Below are positions 40,136-52,375 of a stretch of DNA of 64,000 nucleotides, one piece after another. The translations under genes were made by a program, and so were the position numbers. Numbering within the stretch: the stretch's first letter is position 1; each line of letters starts with the position of its first letter. The notes beneath the pieces are model-generated. The model was not told the DNA's origin and did not search any database. It saw only the letters and a list, made by a program, of their open reading frames with translations. The DNA is from Camelus ferus. Its lineage: Eukaryota. Location: NCBI RefSeq assembly GCF_009834535.1, contig NC_045696.1:74588001-74652000 (forward strand), given 5' to 3'.

Positions 40136-41859
40136 ACTACATAACCAATTTCTGTAACTGACTACCTTTAACCCAAAAGGAAAGGAATTATTTCAATAAA
40201 GCCTTAGCAGAGAGCCATGATACACTATAGTTAGTAATGACCTCTAATTAGATCCCTCAACAACTAGGAATTTCTCGGACCTGCTGTCTACAAACTCAGA
40301 ATTTGTATCTGAGGTTATGGACCAACACCGAAATTAACAGCACATGTCTCTGGAACAGTCCCATTCAAACAGCTTTTGGATGTGTCACTAGGCAACAATT
40401 CCATCTAGAAATTTTCAGTGGACCAAGAGCCAAATAATAGATAAACCAAACTTTGGAACCAAACCATATTCAGAGTCAGAGATTGCATTGAAGAGCTGTT
40501 AATAACATACAACATGATAAACGTTATAAACCTTAGCTCTCATACAATCCAGTCTTTCTCATATCTCAAAACCTGACAAGACAAAAGAAAACCTACTGAG
40601 AATATGAAGATTAGTGAAAAGCTTAGGTTTTCAGGCAAGATTGCTGGAGAAGAATAAAGTTAAAGGGGGTTGTAAACCATCAATATCAGAAAAGTCCATT
40701 TTGCTAGTAATTTATATTCCTTTTCTAATCAACAAGGACTGTCCTCCATTAAAACAAAATTAAATTAATATGCAGCAGTAATGTGGGATAATTTTTAAAG
40801 AACTCATTATATCTTCAATTTGTAATCTAGTGGTTTTCAAAGCAAAAAAACAGTTTTGCTATCTGACAATCCAAGCTGTCATTCAATTTGCACACCAGTT
40901 TATTTAGATTTGCTCCCCATCAGAATTATTTTGAAATGTAAACTGGGTTCAAGCAGCAAACAGGGTATCAAGGAGTCAGACTAATGTTCCTGAATTCCAC
41001 TGTGGTTGTGCAGAAGTCATTTAATTTCTCTGTGAGTCACTCTTTCTACTTGCAAAATGGAAATATTGCTCCTAGACGCAACTCCACTGAGTTAGTCCCA
41101 CTGGGGAAAAAGGAGTTTCCAGAGCAAGTATTTCTACCCAGTGAGACTTGGGAAAAGAACAAAAAGATCAAGGTATGGATAAGTTGCTCATTTTCTTATA
41201 CAGTAAATGTTTAGGAAATGGAATATAAAATATTAGATGACATAAAATTCTAAAACTCTTGAAACGAGACTTGAGAGGCAAGAGATTCAAATCTTAAATC
41301 CAAAATACAGACATGAGGTACATTTTTTCATTGAAGAAAAACTTCAGAAAGTTAATTGTTCATCAAACTTTGAAACGTAGAAAATATTTTCAAAAACTAT
41401 AGACTGTAAAGCACTAAAAACGCTGCTGGGCTTTGTAACAAAAGAACGTAAGTCTCTTCCATTATAGTTTAAAAGAAATAATAATTATATAACATCTACC
41501 ATAAGGCCATAGAGCTTTCCTTCAATATTGAAAAAAAAAAAAAAATCTTGGAGCATGAGAAAGAGAAGATGAAGCTACATTGTTCCCCAATCAAATCGTA
41601 ATACAAGTAAGACACAAGGGTCAGAATTCATAAAAATAATACAATGCATGATGCAAATCTTCGAAAAGGTTTTCCCATTTCAGAGCTTCAAACTTGCTCC
41701 TCCTTTTGTCCAAAACCCTGTTTCCACTCCTCCTGCACATCATTCAAGGTCAGTGTCCTTTCGTGTGTCCTTTCTTCAAAGAGATCCTCCCTGACCACCT
41801 CATTCCCTTCTCCTTCATGGAACTCACCATGTTTACAACCATGCAGTTGTTCTTAGGAT

Positions 41860-42520
41860 TACAGATCTTCCTTGACAAAAGATGCGGTTATGTCCTGACA
41901 AACCCATTGTAAGTTGAAAATATCTTACACTGAAAATGTATTGCAGGGGAGAGGGGACAGCTCAAGTGGTAGATCCTGGGTTCAATCTCTAGTATCTCCT
42001 CTAAAAATAAAATAAGCCTAATTGTCCCCCTCAAAATATAAAATTAAATAAATAAACCTAAAAAAAAAGAAAAGAAAAAACAATCCCATTTAAAAAAACC
42101 TTACATATTACAAAAAAAAGAAAATATACTGCATACACCTAACATATCAAACACCACAGCTTAGTGTCACCTACCTGAAACGTGCTCAGACCACTGACAT
42201 TAGCGTAGAGTTAGGCTAAATCATTTAACACAAAGCCTGTTTGATAACAAAGTGTTAACTACCTTATCTAATTTACTGACTACGGTACTGAAAGTACAGA
42301 ACAGAAGGGCTGTCTGGGTCCAAAATGGTTACTCTTGGGATCGAGTGGCAGACCGGGAGCTGCCCAGCATCACAGGGGAGTATGTACCTCAAGCCACTAG
42401 CCCAGGAGAAGAGCAAAACTCAGAAATTCGAAATACAGTTTCTACTGAATACATACCACTCTTGCACCATCATAAAGTCAAAAAATCTTAAATCGAATCA
42501 TCACAAGTAATAGGCTGTCT
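41860..42520 (-). mobile_element. MER6-like TcMar-Tigger element interrupted by a SINE
   Basis: cctgacaaacccattgtaagttgaaaata...tacagtttctactgaat...gcaccatcataaagtcaaaaaatc. Confidence 0.7.
41946..42119 (+). mobile_element. Camelid tRNA-derived SINE (Vic-1-like), internally deleted, 14-bp TSD
   Basis: A box (agctcaagtgg), B box (ggttcaatc), A-rich tail; TSD gaaaatgtattgca (41932-41945) / gaaaatatactgca (42120-42133). Confidence 0.8.
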
Positions 42521-43215
42521 ATGTTTATTTAATGTCTGTTTCCCCAGGGAGGGCCAGGCACCTATCCTTTTGTGTACCACTGAACCCCCCACACCCAGCA
42601 CAATGCTGATCAGAATAGAACCCACTGTTTTTGCCCAGATGGAAAAATGAAAATCTGACATGGAAAACTGACCATAGATTTCCAAAGCCAGGAAAAGTAA
42701 AAAAAAAAAAAAAAAAGAGGTAAGACTTCAAATACCAAGAGAGGAAAGAAAAGGATATTTGATACACATGACATATATGACATATAATCACCCTTAAAGC
42801 CATCAGTGGTCAACTCCACGTGGGTGAAAAATGGCCTTTTGTTGTTCCTAGCCTGCTGTCTGCCTGTCAGTGTGTCCGAGCACGCATGTGTCCTCTTCCA
42901 TACTTGAACCAAGGTGGAAACCTACCTGCTCTGGAAAACATTAGAGATTATTTCCTAAATTTAGGCAGCAGCTGCCCATGAGCTGCAGCTGCCAGTCTCT
43001 GCGGCTCCCTGTCCCAAGCACAGCCTACATTAGAAAACGGCCAGAGGCAGCCACTCCACCCAGGGGAAGGGAGGAGGAAGAAGGCAACTAAATGCGCATA
43101 GTTAGCAAGCACCCTAAATCAGTGCCTCCCAATAACTTGTGGTGAAGGGCCAACTCGTTTGTTGATTTCAACTCATATAAATGATACCTTCTAAAATACA
43201 ATAAAAAATGAATTA

Positions 43216-43437
43216 CAGCTGAGCCTTGAACAACACGGGATTTAGGGGCACTAACCTTCCGCACAGTCGAAGTTCCACGCCTAACTTTACAGTCAGCCCT
43301 TTGGCTTCAGGGTTTCTCCATACGTGAGGTTTCAACCTACCGCAGATCATGTAGTACTGTAGCACATATTTATTGAAAAAAATCCAAATATAAGTGAACC
43401 AGTGTAGTTTAAACCTGTGTTGTTCAAGGCTCAACTG
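43216..43437 (+). mobile_element. MER8/Tigger2-type MITE with TIRs and TA TSD, apparently nested in an older hAT element (about 43120-43600)
   Basis: ta|cagctgagccttgaacaacacggg ... cctgtgttgttcaaggctcaactg|ta. Confidence 0.85.
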
Positions 43438-43879
43438 TACTGGAAAAACGAAATGCCATTTATAAAACAGAGCAATGTCAAACTGCTACAACAATTTCTG
43501 AATGCTCACTCCCAATCTCCATACTGGTCTCACTACATACAGATCCATATCCAATAGTCAAAGGCCCAGCGCCATCTGGGAATCACATTTTGAGAAGGAA
43601 AAAAAATTGAAAAGCCTAAATCCTTTAAGAAACTCCACTCACCAGGAAGGCGACACTGACCCAACAGATCACTGACTCTCTCCTAGTGCATCTATAGAAG
43701 AGATTTGGCAGGTTTGCTGTGAAGATTAATGATTATTATATTCTTGGCATACAGGGTGATGGTCTAAAAATGGAAGCCATTATTAATACGACAAATGCCC
43801 TGTTGATGTTTTTCCGTTTACAGAATTCTCCCTAGCTCAGCGGATCCCCATAACCCTCGGCAAGGGTTCTCACCCAGCG

Positions 43880-44205
43880 CAGGGCGAGAAGTCACAGCGC
43901 AGGCGGTGCGGCGAGGTGTCCTGCCACCAAAGAAGAAGGGCTTTCCCGTGCACTCGCCCGGCTGCACGCGGCGGGGCGGGGCGCCAGGCAGGCTTTGCGC
44001 CCGTTCTGCGGGAGACACTTACGCTCTCTGGAACTCCGGGATGCTGAAGATGGCCTGCATCACAGGAGCTCAGATAGCAGCTATTCCCCAGGTTCTTGAG
44101 CCCCGTGTAGCCGGGGCCGTACATGGGCTTCAGCTTTGACCCTGTCTCCTGGATCACTTCCCACTCGCTGACCCGCGGCTTGATGTCGTTGTCCCGGAGC
44201 CCGTT
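43880..44205. promoter_or_regulatory. Small intragenic CpG-rich patch over exon 8 and the start of intron 8
   Basis: Dense CpG (gcgcaggcggtgcggcg, cacgcggcggggcggggcgcc) against a CpG-poor background. Confidence 0.5.
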
Positions 44206-44211
44206 CTCTGT
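44023..44211 (-). CDS. USP13: USP13 exon 8 (189 nt as assembled, 188 needed for frame), catalytic Cys box [49 protein letters not shown][+1 nt][14 protein letters not shown]
   Basis: Acceptor ccccag|ACA, donor AGC|gtaagt. The frame switches at 44065-44066 (AGC TCC TGT GAT instead of AGC TCT GTG ATG). Confidence 0.95.
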
Positions 44212-44704
44212 CTGGGGCAACATCATTGAGGAAAAACAGCTTTAACGATGATGATCGCTCTAAGATCATGTCTCAAAAATTATTTCTAACAGCAATTGAT
44301 GTTTCTGCCCTTTTCCCCCCAATTAAACAGAGAAATAAGTAACTTCATGAAAAGAGACTAAGACGGTGAAGGCTGTACAAGGCAGATGTACTTAATGCCA
44401 CAGAACTGTACATTTTAAAATGGTTAAAATCGTGAATTTTATATCTTCTGATAATTTTTTAAAACCAAATTAGAAGATTTAAAAATAGAAGAGACAAAGG
44501 CTGAGAGGAAAGGAGATAGGAGAAAGAAAGAAAAATAGGAATCAAAAAAGAAGCAAGTAGAATAATTTCAAGAGCAGACACAATGCAACACAGCAAACAA
44601 AAAAGCAAGGCAGTTGCAGAGGAAAGTGGAATAAAACAATGGGGCTTGGGAGTAGCTCAGCATAGGAGGAAGGTTAAAGAAGAACAGTAAAAAATTTGGT
44701 GAGG

Positions 44705-44860
44705 AGGGGAGGGTAATAGCTCAGTGGTAGAGCGCCTGCTTAACATGCATGAGGTCCCAGTTCAATCCCCAGTACTTCCATTAAAAATAAATAAGTAAAC
44801 CTAATTACCACCCCCCGAAAGAAAATAAAAATAAAGAGCTGTGAAAATAAATTTAAAAGT
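44705..44860 (+). mobile_element. Camelid tRNA-derived SINE (Vic-1-like)
   Basis: ggggagggtaatagctcagtggtagagcgcctgcttaacatgcatgaggtcccagttcaatccccagtacttcca followed by aataaacctaattacc tail; tRNA-Ala-like head. Confidence 0.85.
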
Positions 44861-45451
44861 GATATGAGTGAGAAAAGGAAGTCAGAGATACATAATGAGA
44901 GCGAGATGGCCTGGGCGGGGATAAAAGGGCTAAACCAAAACACATACACTTAAATCAGCTCCTCATAGGGACAAACGTCACCTAGTCACAATCTCAGCCT
45001 GAAAACAGTATGAAATGAGGCAGAGTGTTTCTATCAACAATAACATGTTGGCCTATTCTTTCCACCCCTATCCCCAGCCTCCTCCCCAAGCCCTGCTTCC
45101 CTTCCTGAAAGTAATTAAAGTGATATTGGTCATAGATCATTTTAAAGGTCCTCTCCCTGTACCTGCTCCCTTTAGTGAACAAAGAGTGATTCATGCAACT
45201 ATCCATCAAAGGAGACAGAAATTTTGCAAGTAAACTCCAGCTAAAACAAAATGGTACTTGATGAGGTACCATTTTTATTATAACATAAAAAAAAAATTAG
45301 CCAATAACCAAAAGAAAACAATAATTAAAGTTCAAGAAGTAAGTGCCAACATTAAAACCTATAAAATGAAGATTTGCACTACAGAAATTATATATTGTAT
45401 AAATCAGTTTCCCCGCAAGACAGAAAAAGAGACAAAAGTAGACCTGCTTAC

Positions 45452-45546
45452 CCCATGCATATGAAGCATATCAATTCCAAAATGTGCTAAGTGCTTGGCC
45501 AAATGAGGATCCAAAACAGGTTCCTCTTCTTGGAAAGAATAAACAT
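45452..45546 (-). CDS. USP13: USP13 exon 7 (95 nt), (D)[31 protein letters not shown]
   Basis: Manual translation; acceptor ctctctag|AT, donor GGG|gtaagc. Confidence 0.96.
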
Positions 45547-46419
45547 CTAGAGAGTGAAGAGAAAATAAGCACTGAGATCTTCAATCAACTCATTCAATAT
45601 TCAACACATACTTACTGAGCTCCTACACGCACTTGGACTATATAAATGAACAAAACAAAACCCCCTTGTGAGTCTCAACTGGGGAAAAGACAGATGATAA
45701 TAAATATAATGGGTATATTTGTAAATATACTCATATAGCAATTCTTCTGATAGTTCAGAAAGTAATTTTTTAAAAGGTTTTCTGAAACAAGAAAAAGAAA
45801 ACAGTGCATAAAGTTAAAACAACTTAGAATCAGACAAATATAAATGCCGAGTATTTGATTGTTCTAACCCAAACCCCAATAGCATCACTGTAAGTTGAGG
45901 AAGAGGGAAGGGTGAGGAAGGAGGTGACCCCTATTGCACCCGGAGGGAGAACCTGTGAAGAACAGAGAGAACACACAGCCTCGGGGTGGCTGAATGGTGG
46001 CACTGGGGAGTAAGTCCAGGACAAAACAAAATTCTGCCTGTGGAACCCTCTGTAGTCTCAGCCCTACCATCTCTACCTGCCCCCTCCCCCTCTCTCTTCT
46101 CTGTCAGTGTCCACACCTCACAGAGCTGGTGAGGGACCTGTGAAGACTGCAGTGCTTCCAAACATGCCGCCTGCAGCACATAGGAAACAGTGATGCGCCA
46201 GCACCACGGGGAAACTCCGGAGGCTCCGCCCCCAGGCCACGCCCCCGCCCCCGGCCGGACAGATCAGCCTGTTGGCCTCGTGGGTAACCCATTCAAGGCG
46301 CACTGGTGCTGGGAAGCTGGGTACCGAGGGGGGCGGCTTCCCTCCTCAGGGTCCTCACAGCCCACCCGACAACATAATGCTTTAGACCGTTCCTGGCTTC
46401 TTCTCCAAGTGTGGGGCAT

Positions 46420-46552
46420 GGATTCAAAGCAACAGCATTCCCTGAGAGCCTGTTAGAAATGCACAATCTCGGGCCCCACCCCACACCTACTGAATGGGAA
46501 TCTGCATTTTAACAAGATCCGAGTGTGCACAGTAAAGTCTGAGAAGTCCTGC
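46420..46552 (+). mobile_element. MER5A-like fragment
   Basis: tgttagaaatgcacaatctcgggccccaccccacacctactgaat...ctgcattttaacaagatcc. Confidence 0.7.
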
Positions 46553-47229
46553 CTAGAGCTTTCGACAGCTATCAGAACTGCTGCCTCTTCTGTCCTCAAA
46601 CAGCTGTGCAGTGTGGCAGAGGGAAACATTTTCAGGCCCATTTTGCAGATCAGAAAATAAGGCTTAGAAAAGTCATTTGCCTCAAACAGCACATGCGGCC
46701 CAGAACTTAGATATTCTGACTCCTGGCCCAGTCCTTTTTCCTTTGCACCAGACTATTTCCTTAGATCTCTCAGGAGACCAACAGACTCAGTGAAGCACCA
46801 GGCTGTTAACAAGAAGGGAGTGAAAAGCTGCAATTTCTTTGCTCCTAAATTTGAAAAACAAAATCAGAAAATAGATATAAAGATATTATTCTTTAGAACA
46901 GTAAAAGACTGTTCAAGGAATTTCCTACTCTTTGGAACATCACCAAGAGGAGAAAGAAAGTAACATACAGGAACTATGGTGACCCTCCAACCCAAACCCA
47001 GATACGTGGAGTCTCACCTGCCACCCCAAAAAAGTCAATGTTTCTACTATTAATAGATTAAACATTATATAGCTTTTTCTTCTATACCTCCTCCCCTAGA
47101 GGCCTATTTTAACTTGCGGATGGTAGCCTTCATTTATTTTCTTCTTTAAATATAACTTAGTGCTCTCAAAGCAAAAACAAAAGAAAATCCCCAGCCCACT
47201 TAAGAAAAAATTTCTTAAAAGTTTAAATA

Positions 47230-47231
<2 letters not shown>

Positions 47232-47263
<32 letters not shown>
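47232..47263 (+). repeat. Poly(A) tract, about 32 nt
   Basis: Uninterrupted A run. Confidence 0.9.
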
Positions 47264-47266
<3 letters not shown>

Positions 47267-50200
47267 ATTTGAACTAATAACTTAAATACAGCAACAATAT
47301 TTCTAATCTATGACAAGTGATAGGAAATACTGGCTGAAAAGTGAAAGTGACACTCCTTTGGCATTTAATTCTGGTAATTATTAACTAATGAGAGAGTTTT
47401 CAAGACTCAAGACATTAAGCCCCTAATTATCAGAGCCCCAACAGAAAATAGTAAGATTGCTAGAAATGCACCATTGGCATTGGTCTAGGATTTTGAAATA
47501 AGTGAAAATCACATAGAATTCTATTGTTCTTAAGCCACTAGGCTCCTGCCACAGTGAGAAATTTAACATTTCCTATCTCCAGTCATTAACTGCTCCAAAA
47601 ATATGACATGATTTGGTCAGACATAATAGTTACTTCTTACTCCAATGACAAAAACAGTTTAGTGAGTAACACACTAGAAATCTAAAACTGAACTGTGATC
47701 CTTAAACTTGGCAATCGTGAAGAATTTATAAATGACATGTAGTCATAGAAAAAAAATTTGAAGTAGACTCAGGAGCTGAAAATCCTTACACATTTTTCAC
47801 TGGGAAACTCATTTTACCTCCAACTTCAGCTTAGCAAAGTCAAGTCTTAGCTCAGAAACTACTGTAGCACATAAGCATTGCCTGACAAGTATTACCCTCC
47901 CCGACTTCTACTTGAACTTAAAAATTTGGAGCCAAGGAACACAGTTAGGAAGTTCACAGAAAGATCCTGCTAGGAATAGCCCAGCAGCGTTTCATGAGTA
48001 ACCACATTCACTTTAGAAGGAAACTAGTCATTGCTTCATTTCAAGTTAAATGACAAGTTAAGCCATGGAGGGCACAGAGAGATCCACAGAAGGGAAAAGG
48101 TAAAAGAAAAGGTTTAGAGCATGAATAACCCACTGATGTCATAAGCATGTTAGAAAATAGTGTGTGTATTAAGTTCCAAAATTAACTACAGAAAAAATTA
48201 CAGCACAAAGATAGAGACTAAGACTCAGACAACAGCTGAGAATCTGTCAGAAATTATATAAAAATGGTAATAATTTCTTATCTCTGGGAAGGTTTTTTTT
48301 TTTTGCTTTTCTATTTTTTTCCAAATTTATTATGTTTTGATTGAAAAAAAGTTTTATAATTAATTGCCAAAGATTAAAATGTTTCTATATGATGGCATGC
48401 TATTAGGTACGGCTAGTATATGACTGGTCATCCTTGTTCATACACAGGGACTCACTCACTCACTCATTCATTCACCCATTCATTCACTGTATTCAGCAAA
48501 TATTTATTGAATACCAAATATATACAAATACTGAGGATATAATATTAAGTAAGATAAGCAGGATCCCTTTCCTCGTAAGTTTAAACTTCCTTATTTCAAA
48601 TAATCTTATACGAATGCTGGTTTGGTATAAATGACCTCAACAGACGTCTTCTTTGGCTAGCTATGGTTTACTTATTTGACTTCAGGCTTTCTTCCTAACC
48701 CCTAGAAAATGGCAGGAGTTCAGACCCTTCCCTCAGATCCCCACACAGGAAAGCAGAAGGAGAGAGGTAAAGATGTACCTCAACAAGCTCCTGTGTTTAG
48801 AAAAAATAACAAAACCAGAGAAGCCAGCCTCACTGCTCTGTTCTCACAGCTCAAATGGAGAGAAAACCAGAACTCTTGGTTAAACACCAAGTCATAAACC
48901 AGAGAGGAAAGGATGAGGAAAGGTTCTCTCCAGAGTAAGTGTGATCTACCTAAACTGCATCTCTCCTCGAGTTTTTTGTGTGTGCCCACAGAGCATCAGC
49001 CACAGACAGGAAAAAGAGAAACAAGAGACTACTCCAGCAATTAGTCTAAAAGACCAAACACAAAATGAATGAACTTAGAGGTATGTACAATCACCTTAGA
49101 CAGTATAACTCCCAGGCCTGACACAACCTAGACTGTGGCCAGGAAAGGAAAACAAGTAAGAGTAAAAAGATGTCAATAAAATTTTTAAAAAAGAAAAAGA
49201 AAAAAGGTGAATCAGAGAAGCAAACTTTATTGGTATGTCTGTCTTCCTCCATCTGTTTACTCTACAAATATTTACTGAGCACCTACTACGTTTGAGGGGC
49301 TGTGCTAGATGCTAGAGCTGTAACAGTGTACAACAAACATGGTGCTCAGGCCCTGCTGTCCGAGGTGACCCCCAGTAAGCACAGCTACAGGATCTCGTGA
49401 AAAGTGTCACGATGGAGCAGCACAAGGTGCTACGGAGGCACACAAGAGGGGCACAAGCCAGGTCAGAACTAAAATGAAGTAGGCAGGGCCTTGACTCCAA
49501 ATCTTTGGGCTGATGCCAAGTTGAGGGTGGGGAAGACCAGAGAAGAAAAACCACCTTGAGATGCTGCTAAGTTGGTGCAGGGGCCACTGGGATAGTCGAC
49601 TTCACAGCTGCCATGAGCATCTCTGGAAGACTCTCCTGCAATCACCAAGGCTTCTTCTCAGGCAAACAAATTTCCATGATGGAAGAAAAAAAACACCCTC
49701 TTCTGCCTCCAACTCTCTTCATTTGCTTCCCACCAAGAACATCATCCTTGTGTTGCCAAATGAATGTCTCCTCCCACAGAGGAAAGCGTTTTGTTTGTTT
49801 GTAGGGTGATGTGCTGCTTTGTTTGTTTGCTGCTGTACCCATGGGGAACCAGAGTGGAATCTGATAGGGGGCCCACTTTTATCACCCAGCAAGCACAATG
49901 GCGTAGCCTGTGGGATCAAGGCTTCTTGGGAGAACTAATTCTAGGTTGACACCTCAAGATGAGTTAGTTTCTCACTGAACAGGTATATTCTTATTAGGGA
50001 GAAAGAAACCAGGATAATCAGATCACATTACCATTAAATATCTGAGTTCACAACCTGCTTGGATTCCATGTTCACTAAGCAACATTCTAAATATAAATCA
50101 GGCTCCCACAGGGAAGGAATGTACTGGTCAAGTTGACATAAACATCCCACTTAACAAGCAGTTGTGGTTCTCCTTATAAACTAAAAAATGAATGCCCTGA

Positions 50201-50893
50201 CTTTGAGATTCTGTCTCTTGTGAGTTGAATTAGCCTCAGTGAGCCTAGTTCATAGCGAGTAAGGAAATTGGGCCCTCGGCAATGGTACCTTCGTCAGGAG
50301 GTGGTCACCCCACCCCCAGATAGAGAGGCCTCAACATCCACAGGTCTCATCATCAGACATTTAAGGAAATTTTATGCATGTTTTCATTAATTCACTTGGC
50401 ATTTAAACAAACAATAAAGTACAACTAGCAATCTATTAAACAGATTCCAAAGAAATGAAAATAGAATTGATGTATCCCATAAACTAATATAAAATGAAAA
50501 TTAGACTAAAAATAATCACTGGTGTTAAAACCAACTCTGCACATGATAAGCTAGAATCAAATCCTGATCTATTGTCAAAAAGTGAGCTTTTTCTTTTTGG
50601 CTAAATGAATTCAAGAATCCTCAACACAGGGTGCATGTTCTACATTGTTTTTACCAATGTTCAATGCTTTCTATGATTGAAAATGAGTATTTATTCAAAT
50701 ACTCTCAATTATATGATAAGAATAATCTTAAAAGTTCTCCCTCTTCTACCAAAAAAAAAAAAAAAGAAAGAAAACCTAACTATAGCAGATAATGGGTTAA
50801 TATTCTTAATAGCCAAGGAGTTTTAAAAACCAGTAAGAAAAACACCTACACATACACCTACTGGAAAAATCAGCCTAAGAAATTCACAAAAAG

Positions 50894-51073
50894 GTGGGGA
50901 GGACAGCTTAGCTCAAGTGGTAGAGCATATGCTTAGCATACACAAGATCCTGGGTTCAATCCTCAGTACCTTCTCTAAAAATAAAGAAGTAAATAAACCT
51001 AATTACCACTTCCTAGAAAAAAAAAAAACTAAATAAATCAATAAATCAGTCTTTAAAAAAATATTTTAAAAAA
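50894..51073 (+). mobile_element. Camelid tRNA-derived SINE (Vic-1-like) with perfect 17-bp TSD, inserted in an old L1M fragment
   Basis: TSD aagaaattcacaaaaag at 50877-50893 and 51074-51090; A box, B box and A-rich tail present. Confidence 0.9.
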
Positions 51074-52158
51074 AAGAAATTCACAAAAAGAACTACCAAC
51101 GGCCAAGAATACTATGAAAAATGTTCAGCCTCACTATAAAGCAAATTAAAACAAGATAACAGATTAGCAAAGGTTTTTTAAATTTCTGAATACTCAGAGT
51201 TGTCAAAGATTTGTCGAAAGGGATATTTTCATACATTTCTGGTGTGAATGTAAATTACTATGGCTGTTTAAAAGAGAAACTCAGCAATTAAAAATTTTAA
51301 AGTTTCAACTCTCAAAATGTTTATTGGAATGTGTCCTAAAAAAGAATCATTACACAAACACCCAAAGATTTGCATAAGTACAAAGATGTTCATCAGAATA
51401 GCAAGATTGTAACAAACTCACAGGGGAATAGTGAGATGACTTATGGAATTATCATGGGATACTTAAGAATATTTAATGATATGGAAAATATAATTCAGTG
51501 TTAAATTGAGTAAATAAGGAATAAAACTTTATACCGCATGATTCAATTTTTTGTAAAAATGTGGGGTATGTGTGTGTGTATTTGTATAAGAACTGATCAA
51601 GGTCTTAGAAAGGAAAAAAGACTGAGAGGAAATATGTTGATTGTTAGAAGTGATTTGTCTGGGCAGGTGGTAGTACCAGTGATTTTTACTTCTCTAAACT
51701 TTTCTCTCTGTTTTCTAAATATGTTACACTGAACATCTGCTTTTCATATACCCAAAGGGCAAATATAAAACTTTTCCTTCCTCAAGTTGAAAGGTAAGAA
51801 ACTTTAGATTAACTCTAAATCATAATTTGAAAATAAGTTTCACGCTAGAAAAAAAAAGGCTTCTAGAAAATTAAAGATGCATAGGGAGCAGAATTAATCC
51901 TTGCCTTTATTATTAGCATACATTTAAACAGAATCTAATTACTTATATACTTATAAACCAGTTGGTTCCTTTAACAAAAGTATTCATGCCTACTATGTGT
52001 AAGATTTTGTATGGAATCCAAAGATGGGTAAGACATAGCCCTGACTTCAAACACCTGAAATTTTACAACAAAGCCTCCTATACAGGTAACTGTAGTCCTG
52101 GACAGGAGGTTCTGAGAACCGGATCTAATAACCAGCCTTATCAAAAAATACTACATAA

Positions 52159-52375
52159 TTTGATGAATTTTGATAGATGTATACACCAATGAAACCACTA
52201 CCACAATCAAGATAACTAACACTTCCATCACTCCCCGTCTATCAAAATTCATTAAATTGTACATTTGAACTATGTGTAGTTTACTGTACAGGAGTCATAC
52301 CACAATAAAGGTGTTTAAAAAAATAAAATAAGAAAGTAAAAAAAAAAAAAAAAAAAAGAAATTCAATGAGAGGAA
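52159..52375 (+). mobile_element. Short 5'-inverted L1 3'-end insertion with perfect 16-bp TSD
   Basis: TSD aaaaaatactacataa at 52143-52158 and 52376-52391; inverted segment followed by a sense L1 3' tip with aataaa and poly(A). Confidence 0.8.

Noticed and set aside
39906..41752. Two TCAAGGTCA ERR motifs (39906, 41744) and a RORE-like aagtaggtca at 59650
   Set aside because: Short motifs close to chance expectation in 64 kb, and one lies in an L2 fragment.
44170..44200. Differences from human in exon 8 (LRDNDIKPR), exon 6 (RDL), exon 18 and exon 19 (HSE)
   Set aside because: Mostly conservative or in variable linkers, and some are probably the ancestral state; cannot be judged without an alignment.
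43870..44226. 118-aa ORF as a novel USP13 C-terminus
   Set aside because: It results from the +1 indel plus intron read-through; the correct peptide [14 protein letters not shown] is present in the adjacent frame.
44705..44781. tRNA-Ala gene (also 50894-50970)
   Set aside because: tRNA-like head is followed by a shared SINE tail, A-rich end and in two copies a TSD, and stems are degenerate; these are SINEs.
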